Assembly: GCA_035602315.1 (NCBI GenBank) | Contig: DATNML010000012.1 | Coordinates: 1-45,998 of the forward strand | DNA from: Candidatus Dormiibacterota bacterium | GTDB taxonomy: Bacteria; Chloroflexota; Dormibacteria; Dormibacterales; Dormibacteraceae | Direction of reading: 5' to 3' | Length of the DNA stretch: 45,998 nt | In this document: one piece after another, positions 16,712 through 23,995 of the stretch | Layout of the letters: each line of letters begins with the position of its first letter | Numbering within the stretch: position 1 is the stretch's first letter | Position numbers and translations under genes: made by a program | Notes under the pieces: model-generated | Databases searched by the model: none | What the model was told of the DNA's origin: nothing | What the model saw: the letters and a program-made list of their open reading frames with translations, nothing else

Positions 16712-17710
16712 GTGCTTCGTCTCGGCTACAAGGCCTCTGCCGAACAGTTCGGCCCGCGCGAGCTGCTCGATTTCGCGGTGGCCGCCGAAGACAACGGCTT
16801 CGAAAGCGTCTTCGTGAGCGATCACTTTCAACCCTGGCGCCATTCGGACGGGCACGCGCCATTTGCCATGTCGTGGCTTGCGGCCACGGGCGAGTGCACG
16901 AAGAAGGTTGCGCTCGGCACGTCGGTTGCCACTCCAACCTTTCGCTATCACCCGGCGATCGTCGCCCAGGCGTTTGGGACGCTCGGATTGCTCTTTCCAG
17001 GCCGCGTCATCCTTGGAGTCGGTACGGGCGAGCATCTGAACGAGGGAGCGCTCGGCATCCCATGGCCGGACAACAAAGAGCGTTTCGCACGACTGCGCGA
17101 GGCGATCAAGCTGATCCGCCAGCTCTGGAGCGAGCAGTCGGTCACGTTCGACGGCGAGTACTACCACACGAGTAACGCGACGATCTACGACCGCCCGGAT
17201 CAGCCGGTGCCGATCTATGTGGGGGCCGGCGGCCCCCAGGTCGCGAAGTATGCCGGGCGCACCGGCGATGGCCTGATCTGCACCTCGGGCAAGGGAATGG
17301 AGCTCTACTCGGAGCAGTTGCTCCCGTCGTTCGCCGATGGTGCCAAAGAATCAGGCCGCGACCCGACCACGCTCGATCGGATGATCGAGGTCAAGGTGTC
17401 TTACGACACGGATCGAGCGCGTGCGATGGAAGACACCAAGATCTGGGCGGCGCTCGCCTTGCCCGCCGAAGCAAAAGCCGGCATCGACGATCCTCGAGAG
17501 ATGGAACGGCTGGCGAAAACCGTCGAAGACGTGGCGCACCGCCGCTGGCTCGTCTCGGACGATCCCGACGAGCACATCGAGCAACTCCGCCCGTACCTGG
17601 AGCTCGGATTCAACCACCTGGTCTTCCACGCACCAGGCGACGACCAGGTCCGCTTCCTCAAGCTCTACGGCTCGCAGATCCTTCCGCGCCTGCGCAAGCA
17701 GTGGGGATAG
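16712..17710 (+). CDS. fgd: F420-dependent glucose-6-phosphate dehydrogenase (LLM family)
   Basis: LGYKASAEQFGPRELLDFAVAAE, SDHFQPWRH..GHAPF, TPTFRYHPAIVAQAF, GVGTGE.LNE, KERFARLREAI, AGGPQVAKYAGR.GDGLICTSGKG, LVFHAPG. Block-by-block match to mycobacterial Fgd1 as I recall it. Confidence 0.88.
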   Translation: MLRLGYKASAEQFGPRELLDFAVAAEDNGFESVFVSDHFQPWRHSDGHAPFAMSWLAATGECTKKVALGTSVATPTFRYHPAIVAQAFGTLGLLFPGRVILGVGTGEHLNEGALGIPWPDNKERFARLREAIKLIRQLWSEQSVTFDGEYYHTSNATIYDRPDQPVPIYVGAGGPQVAKYAGRTGDGLICTSGKGMELYSEQLLPSFADGAKESGRDPTTLDRMIEVKVSYDTDRARAMEDTKIWAALALPAEAKAGIDDPREMERLAKTVEDVAHRRWLVSDDPDEHIEQLRPYLELGFNHLVFHAPGDDQVRFLKLYGSQILPRLRKQWG

Positions 17711-18306
17711 CGGTGTCGACCTGGGTCATCGTCCTGATCAAGGATTTCGCCTCCGCCAAGCAGCGGCTGCAGCCAGCGCTGGGACCGAAAGAGCGGCAGG
17801 CCCTTGCGCGACGCAATGCCCGGCTCGCGGTCCGAGCCGCGGCCGCGGGCGATCATACGCTGGTGGTCGCCGGCAGCGAGGAAGTGGCAAAGCTCGCGAA
17901 GGGATGGAGCGCCGACGTCCTGGCGGAGCCGCGGCAGGAAGGACAGAACGTGGCGGCCGCGCGCGGCATTGCTCGAGCCATTGAGGGCGGCGCCGAGGCC
18001 GTTCTCCTGTTGTCGAGCGACCTTCCGCTGGTGACCGTCGAAGCCGTGCGCGACGTGCTCGATTCAGCCTCGCGACTCGACGGTCCGGTGGCCGTGGCTG
18101 TTGAGGCCATAGGCCGTGGCGGCACCAACGCGCTCTACCTTCGTCCTCCGACGGCCATGACACTCAGCTTCGGCGCCGACTCCCTCGCCAAATTCCGGCA
18201 TGAGGCGGAAACCCGCGGAGTGAACTTCGTCGTCCATCACTCAGACGCCATGGCGCTTGACCTGGATGAGCCCGGCGACCTGGCGCGGTTGCGGCGTGCG
18301 GTGTGA
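17701..18306 (+). CDS. cofC: 2-phospho-L-lactate/phosphoenolpyruvate guanylyltransferase
   Basis: N-terminal VLIKDFASAKQRLQPAL...R..L pattern typical of CofC/FbiD. About 200 aa. Located between fgd and cofE. GTG 17713 is an alternative start. Confidence 0.75.
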   Translation: MGIAVSTWVIVLIKDFASAKQRLQPALGPKERQALARRNARLAVRAAAAGDHTLVVAGSEEVAKLAKGWSADVLAEPRQEGQNVAAARGIARAIEGGAEAVLLLSSDLPLVTVEAVRDVLDSASRLDGPVAVAVEAIGRGGTNALYLRPPTAMTLSFGADSLAKFRHEAETRGVNFVVHHSDAMALDLDEPGDLARLRRAV

Positions 18307-19040
18307 CGCGCATCGAGCTGATCGCGGTCGAGGGACTGCCTGAAGTCCGTCCCGGCGACGACCTGGCCGAGCTGATCAGCTCCCGGTCGACGCTCGAAGC
18401 CGGGGACATGATCGTCGTCGCCCAGAAGGTCATCTCCAAAGCTGAAGGCCGGCTCGTCCGTCTCTCCGACGTAACGGCGACCGCCGAGGCGGTGAGAATC
18501 GCGGGCGGCCTCGTCGCCGACCCCGACCCGCGCATGGTCCAGGTGGTCCTCGACGAGAGCGTCCGCGTGCTGCGATCGCAGCGGGTTCTCATCACCGAAA
18601 CACGCCATGGATTTGTCTGCGCCAACGGCGGCGTCGATCACTCCAACGTCCCTGGCGACGATGTGGTGACGCTCCTACCCGAGGATCCCGACGCGAGCGC
18701 CGAGCGACTACGCGGCCGCCTGGGGCAGCTCGCGAGCGTCGATCTTGGTGTCATCGTCTCGGACACCTTCGGCAGGCCATGGCGGCTGGGCATCGTCAAC
18801 GTCGCGCTCGGCATCGCAGGTCTGCCGGCGTTGCTCGATCTGCGCGGGACGCTGGACGATGCGGGCAAACCACTTCACGCGACGGTGCTGGCAATCGCGG
18901 ACGACCTGGCGGCGGCGGCGGGCCTGGTCATGAGGAAGACCGGTCGGACTCCCGCGGTAATCGTGCGCGGCCTAGCGCTGCGTGGGAGCGGCACCGGCCG
19001 CCAGCTTGTCCGACCGGCGGCCGAGGACCTGTTCCGCTGA
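18303..19040 (+). CDS. cofE: Coenzyme F420-0:L-glutamate ligase, single-domain form
   Basis: GTGA overlap start. IELIAVEGLPEVRPGDDLAELI, VVAQKVISKAEGRLV, VCANGGVDHSNVP, SDTFGRPWRLG. 245 aa, with no C-terminal nitroreductase-like domain. Confidence 0.85.
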   Translation: MTRIELIAVEGLPEVRPGDDLAELISSRSTLEAGDMIVVAQKVISKAEGRLVRLSDVTATAEAVRIAGGLVADPDPRMVQVVLDESVRVLRSQRVLITETRHGFVCANGGVDHSNVPGDDVVTLLPEDPDASAERLRGRLGQLASVDLGVIVSDTFGRPWRLGIVNVALGIAGLPALLDLRGTLDDAGKPLHATVLAIADDLAAAAGLVMRKTGRTPAVIVRGLALRGSGTGRQLVRPAAEDLFR

Positions 19041-19966
19041 AGACGGTCGTGCTGGCGGGAGGTACCGGTGGCGCCAAGCTGGCGGTCGCCATCCAACGGC
19101 TGGTCCCACCCGGTGGTCTCACCGTGATCGCCAACACAGCCGACGACGACGAGTTCTGGGGGCTGCTGGTGTCGCCGGACGTGGACGCCGTCATCTACCG
19201 CCTCGGCGGGGTCTTCAACGACACGGCCGGATATGGAGTCAAGGGCGATTCGTTCCACGTTCTCGACGGACTCGCACGTCTCGGCGAGCCGGCGTGGTTT
19301 CGGATCGGGGACAAGGACTTCGCGACCCATCTCATCCGGGCCGAGATGCTGCGTCGCGGATGCACGCTCACCGAGTGCGCGCTGGCGCTTGGCGCCCGGC
19401 TCGGAATCGACTCCAGGGTCCTGCCGATGACCAATGAGCGCGTCAGGACGCGCTTTGGAACTGAGGCAGGAGTCCTCTCGTTTCAGGAGTACTTCGTGCG
19501 GGAGCGGCTTGGACCGGCGCTGCGAGCGATCGAGTTCGAGGGCATTGACAGCGCGCGGCCGACACCTGAGGTGCTGGCGGCATTGGACGAGGCAGAGCTC
19601 GTCATCATCGGGCCTTCGAACCCGTTGATCTCGATCATGCCGATCCTCAGGATCGTGGGCCCACACATGCGCCCTGACCGCACGGTGGCCATCACACCGA
19701 TCGTGGGCGGAACCGCGCTCAAGGGCCCGACCGTGGAGATGATGCGGGCGCTCGGGCCGGAGCCCAATCCGATTGAGGTAGCGCGCATGTACCGCGACGT
19801 GGCTGCCGGTTTTGTGATCGACCGCCGCGATGGGGAGCTTGCTGGACAGATCGAGGCCATGGGAATTCGAACCCTGGTGCTCGACACCGTGATGAGCGAT
19901 GGGGGCGGCACGCTGGCCGCCGGGATCATCGAGGCCTTTACGTCACGTGCGAGTTGGCGATCATGA
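19037..19966 (+). CDS. cofD: 2-phospho-L-lactate transferase (LPPG:FO transferase)
   Basis: (L)KTVVLAGGTGGAKLAVAIQRL..., FRIGDKD, IIGPSNPLISI. The only canonical start near the N-terminus is GTG 19049, inside the first beta-strand. CTG 19037 forms a CTGA overlap with the cofE stop and has gagga 9 nt upstream. Confidence 0.85.
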   Translation: MKTVVLAGGTGGAKLAVAIQRLVPPGGLTVIANTADDDEFWGLLVSPDVDAVIYRLGGVFNDTAGYGVKGDSFHVLDGLARLGEPAWFRIGDKDFATHLIRAEMLRRGCTLTECALALGARLGIDSRVLPMTNERVRTRFGTEAGVLSFQEYFVRERLGPALRAIEFEGIDSARPTPEVLAALDEAELVIIGPSNPLISIMPILRIVGPHMRPDRTVAITPIVGGTALKGPTVEMMRALGPEPNPIEVARMYRDVAAGFVIDRRDGELAGQIEAMGIRTLVLDTVMSDGGGTLAAGIIEAFTSRASWRS

Positions 19967-20714
19967 CGAAGACTCCGATCAGCACCATGACCAGCCCGAC
20001 CACCAGCACCGCGTACTGAGCGATTGGGACCAACGGGTTTGGTGCCTTCATGATGTCGTCGCTTTCCATACCCGGCGCATTGCCCGAGGCAAGCTGCCAC
20101 GAGGAGGTGGGCGCCTCTTGCTTGCCCTTCTTGGTCCTGGGCTCACCGGCCACCTCGGCTGACTCCTTAGCTTCCTGCACGACCGACCAGGCGGCCGGCG
20201 ACGCTGCGGCCACAGCCGGCTGGGCGGGCTCAGCTGGCGCCACCGGCGGCGGAGCCGGGGTCCACACCTCTTCGACGGGGGGCGGGGTAAAGGCGGGTTC
20301 GGGCGCCAGCGGAGCAATCGGCACCTGCGGCGTTTCGAACTGGGTGGGCGCCGGGGCCGTCGTCCCGATATCCCACGGTGAAGGCGAGGGTATGTCGCTC
20401 ACCTCTTTGCTCACCGGCGGTGGAGCAGCCGGAGGGGGCTCGTAGGCAGAGGCTTCGTAGGTGATCTGGGGGCCTCTCGTAGTCGGCGCGAACCCTGACG
20501 GCGGCGCTGCCTCGGCAGCCGCCTCCGGTGGCTTCGCTTCTCGCCCGTGCGGCGTCAGGGTACGCTCGCGGGCGGCGCGGACCTTGTGCTCGATCTGAGA
20601 GCGTCGCGCCGAATACATCGAGCGCTGGTCCACCGCCTTGCGGCGGAAGACGAAGAAGATCGCCACGATGCCGATCACAGCCGCCAACGGCCCGACGATC
20701 AAAGCTATAGGCAT
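19938..20714 (-). CDS. Proline-rich membrane protein with TM helices at both termini, unknown function
   Basis: N-terminal TM (PIALIVGPLAAVIGIVAIFFVF), a ~190-aa Pro/Ala/Glu-rich linker and a C-terminal TM (YAVLVVGLVMVLIGVFVMI). G/C-biased third positions. 29-nt convergent overlap with cofD. Confidence 0.55.
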   Translation of the reverse strand: MPIALIVGPLAAVIGIVAIFFVFRRKAVDQRSMYSARRSQIEHKVRAARERTLTPHGREAKPPEAAAEAAPPSGFAPTTRGPQITYEASAYEPPPAAPPPVSKEVSDIPSPSPWDIGTTAPAPTQFETPQVPIAPLAPEPAFTPPPVEEVWTPAPPPVAPAEPAQPAVAAASPAAWSVVQEAKESAEVAGEPRTKKGKQEAPTSSWQLASGNAPGMESDDIMKAPNPLVPIAQYAVLVVGLVMVLIGVFVMIANSHVT

Positions 20715-20718
20715 CAGG

Positions 20719-20733
20719 CGCCGATTATCGGCG
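20719..20733. promoter_or_regulatory. 7-1-7 perfect inverted repeat cgccgat-t-atcggcg in a 48-bp divergent spacer
   Basis: Read directly. Lies 5 nt from the ATG of the minus-strand gene and 30 nt upstream of yqeY. Candidate operator or 5' UTR hairpin. Confidence 0.3.
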
Positions 20734-20762
20734 ATCGGTGGGCATGTGTGACAATCGCCGCC

Positions 20763-21215
20763 ATGGCGCTCTACGATCGAATTCAGGTGGAGCTCGTCGA
20801 ATCGCGAAGGCGGCGAGACGAACTCACTCTGAGCACGCTTTCACTCTTGAAGAGCGAGTTGGTTAAGGCCAGCAAGGAAGGCGGCGCCAGCGGAACAATC
20901 GACGATGACCTCGTCGTTCGGGTCGCCCGCAAGGAGGTGAAGCGTCGCGAGGAGGCGATCGACGTCTACCGAAAGGCGGGGAGGACCGACTCGGCGCGAC
21001 GCGAGGAAGCGGAGATGGCGGTGCTGAGGGAGTACCTGCCTGCCGCAATGAGCGAGCACGACGTGGAAGCTGAGGTCGCGGCGGTCATCGCCGAGCTGAA
21101 GCCCGAAGGTCCGAAGGGTTTTGGACTGGTGATGAAGGCGGCGACGGCGCGGCTGGCGGGACGGGCCGAAGGTCAGCAGATCGCTGCTGCGGCGCGCAAG
21201 CTGCTTGGCAGCTAG
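20763..21215 (+). CDS. yqeY: GatB/YqeY domain protein
   Basis: ORF 20547..21215 trimmed to ATG 20763. MALYDRIQVELVESRRRRDELTLSTLSLLKSELVKA...REYLP...GFGLVMKAA fits the YqeY pattern. 150 aa. Confidence 0.8.
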   Translation: MALYDRIQVELVESRRRRDELTLSTLSLLKSELVKASKEGGASGTIDDDLVVRVARKEVKRREEAIDVYRKAGRTDSARREEAEMAVLREYLPAAMSEHDVEAEVAAVIAELKPEGPKGFGLVMKAATARLAGRAEGQQIAAAARKLLGS

Positions 21216-21237
21216 GAAGAAGCCAAGCAAGTCCTGG

Positions 21238-21915
21238 ATGAAGCCCGCGCCGCCGCGCGGGGCGAAGCAACGAGCGCTGCTTACGGTCGAGCGGTTGCGC
21301 GGGCTGTATCCGGCGGCGACCGAGCTCGCGCACCAGAATCCCTTCGAGCTCCTGATCGCAACCATCCTGTCCGCGCAGACGACTGACCGTTCCGTGAACC
21401 TGGTCACGCCGGAGCTGTTCAAACGTTATCCAACTCCAGCCGACCTGGCCGCGGCCGGCCCCGCCGCCGTCGAGGAGCTGATCAAGCCCACAGGGTTCTT
21501 CCGCCTCAAAACACGCAGGATCATCGACGCCAGCCGCAAGCTCCTCGAGCTGTTTGGGGGCGAGGTCCCGAACAACATCGACGACCTGGTCAAGCTGCCG
21601 GGCATCGGTCGCAAGACCGCCAACGTCATCCTCGGAGTTGGGTTTGGGGTGCCAGGCTTTGCGGTCGACACGCACGTCACGCGGCTGACCAACCGGCTCG
21701 GCCTGGTGAAGACGCGGGACCCGGTGAAGATCGAGCACCAAGTGTGCGCGATGGTCCCCAAGGAGGAGTGGACGGGACTGTCGCTGCGGCTCATCCTTCA
21801 CGGGCGCCGAGTGTGCATCGCCCGCCGGCCCCGGTGCGAAGAATGCGTGCTCAACGACTTCTGCCCGGCGTCGTCGACCCGACCCAAGCGCCGTGTCCGA
21901 AAGAAGGCATCCTGA
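21238..21915 (+). CDS. nth: Endonuclease III
   Basis: NPFELLIATILSAQTTD, HhH LPGIGRKTANVILG, VDTHVTRL. 4Fe-4S cluster C-x6-C-x2-C-x5-C (CIARRPRCEECVLNDFC). TTG 21205 is an alternative start. Confidence 0.9.
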   Translation: MKPAPPRGAKQRALLTVERLRGLYPAATELAHQNPFELLIATILSAQTTDRSVNLVTPELFKRYPTPADLAAAGPAAVEELIKPTGFFRLKTRRIIDASRKLLELFGGEVPNNIDDLVKLPGIGRKTANVILGVGFGVPGFAVDTHVTRLTNRLGLVKTRDPVKIEHQVCAMVPKEEWTGLSLRLILHGRRVCIARRPRCEECVLNDFCPASSTRPKRRVRKKAS

Positions 21916-21943
21916 CAGCGAACATCTGTTCTACCATGCGAGG

Positions 21944-22865
21944 ATGGAGTCGCCCGAGCCTCGGCTGGCGGACGTCGAGTACCTGGAGGTCCAGTGCAAG
22001 TCGGCGCTGAACCCCGTCAAGGGAATGTTCTTTTCGTGGTCCCTCAATCCCTACACCGGTTGCGAGCATCGCTGTGCCTTTTGCTACGTCCGCGCCTTCG
22101 AGCTGCGCGCCGACCGGCCCTCAGACGATCGTTACGGCCGTGCGATTCGAGTCAAGATCAACGTGGCCGGCGTGCTGCGGAGCGAGCTCTCGCGCAAGTC
22201 CTGGCGGAAGGAGACGGTCGTCATCGGCGCGGCCACCGATCCCTATCAACCGGCCGAGGGCCGGTACAAGCTGACCCGCCAGTGCCTGGTCGCGCTGCGC
22301 GACTTCTCCAACTCCACGGCGATGATCACTCGCGGTCCGATGATCGTCCGCGACCTTGACATTCTGAGTGAGCTGGCGCGCCGCGCCAACCTGCACATCA
22401 CCGTCAGCATCCCAACCGTCGATGAAGAAATCTGGCGCCGCACCGAGCCTGGCACCGCGCATCCCAGGCAGCGACTGCGGGCGATCGAGAAAGCTGGTCG
22501 CGTCCGGGATCGACGTAGGGGTCGGGATGGCGCCGATCATCCCCGGCCTGTCCGATCGGCCGGATCGCCTTGAGGCCGTGGTCAAAGCTGCGCGCTGCGC
22601 CGGAGCGACCGGTCTGTGGGCGGGCATGCTCCACCTCAAGGACGGAACCCGGGAGCACTTCATGTCAGTGCTGGGAAAGCACTGGCCGGAGCTGGTTCCT
22701 CGCTACGAGCAGGCCTACCGGGCGCGCGCCTACCTTCCGCCGGCCTTCGCCGAACCGACCATGAAGACGGTGGCGCGACTCCGGGCGGTCCACGGTGTCG
22801 CGGACCGCCGGCGCGTCATCCTCAAGCCTCCTCCAGAGCCCGAACAGCTCTCCCTTCTCAACTAG
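21944..22865 (+). pseudogene. Radical SAM protein (COG1533/SplB-like 'DNA repair photolyase' family) interrupted by a +1 frameshift near 22490..22493
   Basis: N-terminal part is in the frame of ORF 21893..22573 (LNPYTGCEHRCAFCYVRAF ... PRQRLRAIEK). The C-terminal part is in the frame of ORF 22368..22865 (LVASGIDVGVGMAPIIPGLSD...). The junction gag aaa g|ctg gtc would read IEKLVASG if one base were removed. Confidence 0.75.
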
Positions 22866-22874
22866 GATTCGATT

Positions 22875-23171
22875 GTGCGAAGCCCAATCGACGTGCTGGC
22901 CGGGAGAGTGGGCGGATTCCAAAAGATGGTAATCGCCCGCCGCACCGTGCCCTGCTACAAGCACGTGATCGAGAAGGACGGCGAGAAGCTCTCGGTCTGC
23001 TTGCTCGTCGACTCGGGCAAGCTCTACCGATTTCCGTTCGAAGACGTCAAGGGCATCAGCGGCCTCGAGGTCAAAGCACGATATCTGCGCGGCGAGATGG
23101 AGCACCTACGACTGCGCGAGTTCCAGCCGGGGCTGTGCCGTTATGTCGAAAGAGCCGACCAAGCCGTCTGA
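22875..23171 (+). CDS. Hypothetical small protein (98 aa)
   Basis: GTG start 7 nt after aggat. G/C-rich third positions. No motif I recognise. ATG 22926 is an alternative start. Confidence 0.45.
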   Translation: MRSPIDVLAGRVGGFQKMVIARRTVPCYKHVIEKDGEKLSVCLLVDSGKLYRFPFEDVKGISGLEVKARYLRGEMEHLRLREFQPGLCRYVERADQAV

Positions 23172-23424
23172 GTCGCTCGTGCAGGAGCTGCTCACCGAGC
23201 GGCGCGCGCTCAAGGTGGCCGTCGAGCGACTACGCCTCGAGCTGGCCGAGGTTCAGACGACCTCCGGCGGGCCCGATCCCAGGGTGCGCGAGCTGCAGGG
23301 CGAGATCGAGCGCCTCAGGTACCAGCTCGCCTCCGCCCGGGCGGAGGCCGGCCAGATGCGCGAGGAACGCGACGAGCTGCGGCTTGGTATCGAGCATGCG
23401 CTCGAGCAGCTGGCGAACCTCTAA
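23143..23424 (+). CDS. Hypothetical coiled-coil protein (93 aa)
   Basis: Heptad-like, E/R/L-rich sequence (LKVAVERLRLELAEV...EIERLRYQLASARAEAGQMREERDELRLGIEHALEQLANL). Overlaps the upstream ORF by 29 nt. Confidence 0.5.
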   Translation: MSKEPTKPSESLVQELLTERRALKVAVERLRLELAEVQTTSGGPDPRVRELQGEIERLRYQLASARAEAGQMREERDELRLGIEHALEQLANL

Positions 23425-23429
23425 GAGAA

Positions 23430-23454
23430 GAAGGCCTCGCAGAGCGAGGCCTTC
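23430..23454. terminator. Perfect 10-bp hairpin between convergent genes (intrinsic terminator, better tail on the minus strand)
   Basis: gaaggcctcg-cagag-cgaggccttc. On the minus strand it is followed by UUCUCUU; on the plus strand there is no U tract. Confidence 0.6.
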
Positions 23455-23472
23455 GAGGGTGCTAGTCGATAA

Positions 23473-23862
23473 CTACTTGGCCCAGCTCTCCACCTTGGGG
23501 ACGTACTGCGCCACCATCGGCCCAAGAACCGGGAAGTCGAAACGGGCGCCGTTTGCCTGGAGGGCCATGATCCATCCAACCAGCCAGACGATGAACCAAA
23601 TCAGAGTCCACACGAAATAGATCGGAAAGAAAACAATGCCGACCACCACCGCAACGATGAAAAACGCCCCATGGATGATGGTTGCCTGCGCGGCGTTGTA
23701 TTTGACGTCGGGGTCGTCTTTGCCAACGAAAAGGAAAATCAAGCTCCCAATGGGTGGGATCAATGCCCAGGCGAGAACCGAGTACAGCTTCTTGTTGCTG
23801 CCCACAGCGCCCCCTCCAATTGGAGCCGGTTGCGACGGGGGCGGCGGTGGCATCTGCGACAT
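23473..23862 (-). CDS. DUF4870-like small membrane protein
   Basis: Pro-rich N-terminus, then three TM helices with the loop GKDDPDVKYNAAQATIIHG, resembling DUF4870 proteins. The family call is tentative. Confidence 0.5.
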   Translation of the reverse strand: MSQMPPPPPSQPAPIGGGAVGSNKKLYSVLAWALIPPIGSLIFLFVGKDDPDVKYNAAQATIIHGAFFIVAVVVGIVFFPIYFVWTLIWFIVWLVGWIMALQANGARFDFPVLGPMVAQYVPKVESWAK

Positions 23863-23995
23863 GTAGTTCTCCTCGTGTTTGGCTGGCGTGTGCGGGCCAG
23901 ATTATGGGTTGAATGTCAGCAAAACGCCATACCTTGACCGCGGTTGCTCCGAACTGGATCTGAGTTGCAATGCACTCTGCTAGGCTCGCCCAGAG

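Noticed and set aside
21944-23424. Radical SAM gene plus downstream small ORFs as a RiPP biosynthetic cluster.
   Set aside because: The radical SAM protein belongs to the SplB/COG1533-like pattern (NPYxGCxHxCxFCY) rather than the SPASM/RiPP maturases, and it is frameshifted. The small ORFs are 93-98 aa with no leader/core-like features.
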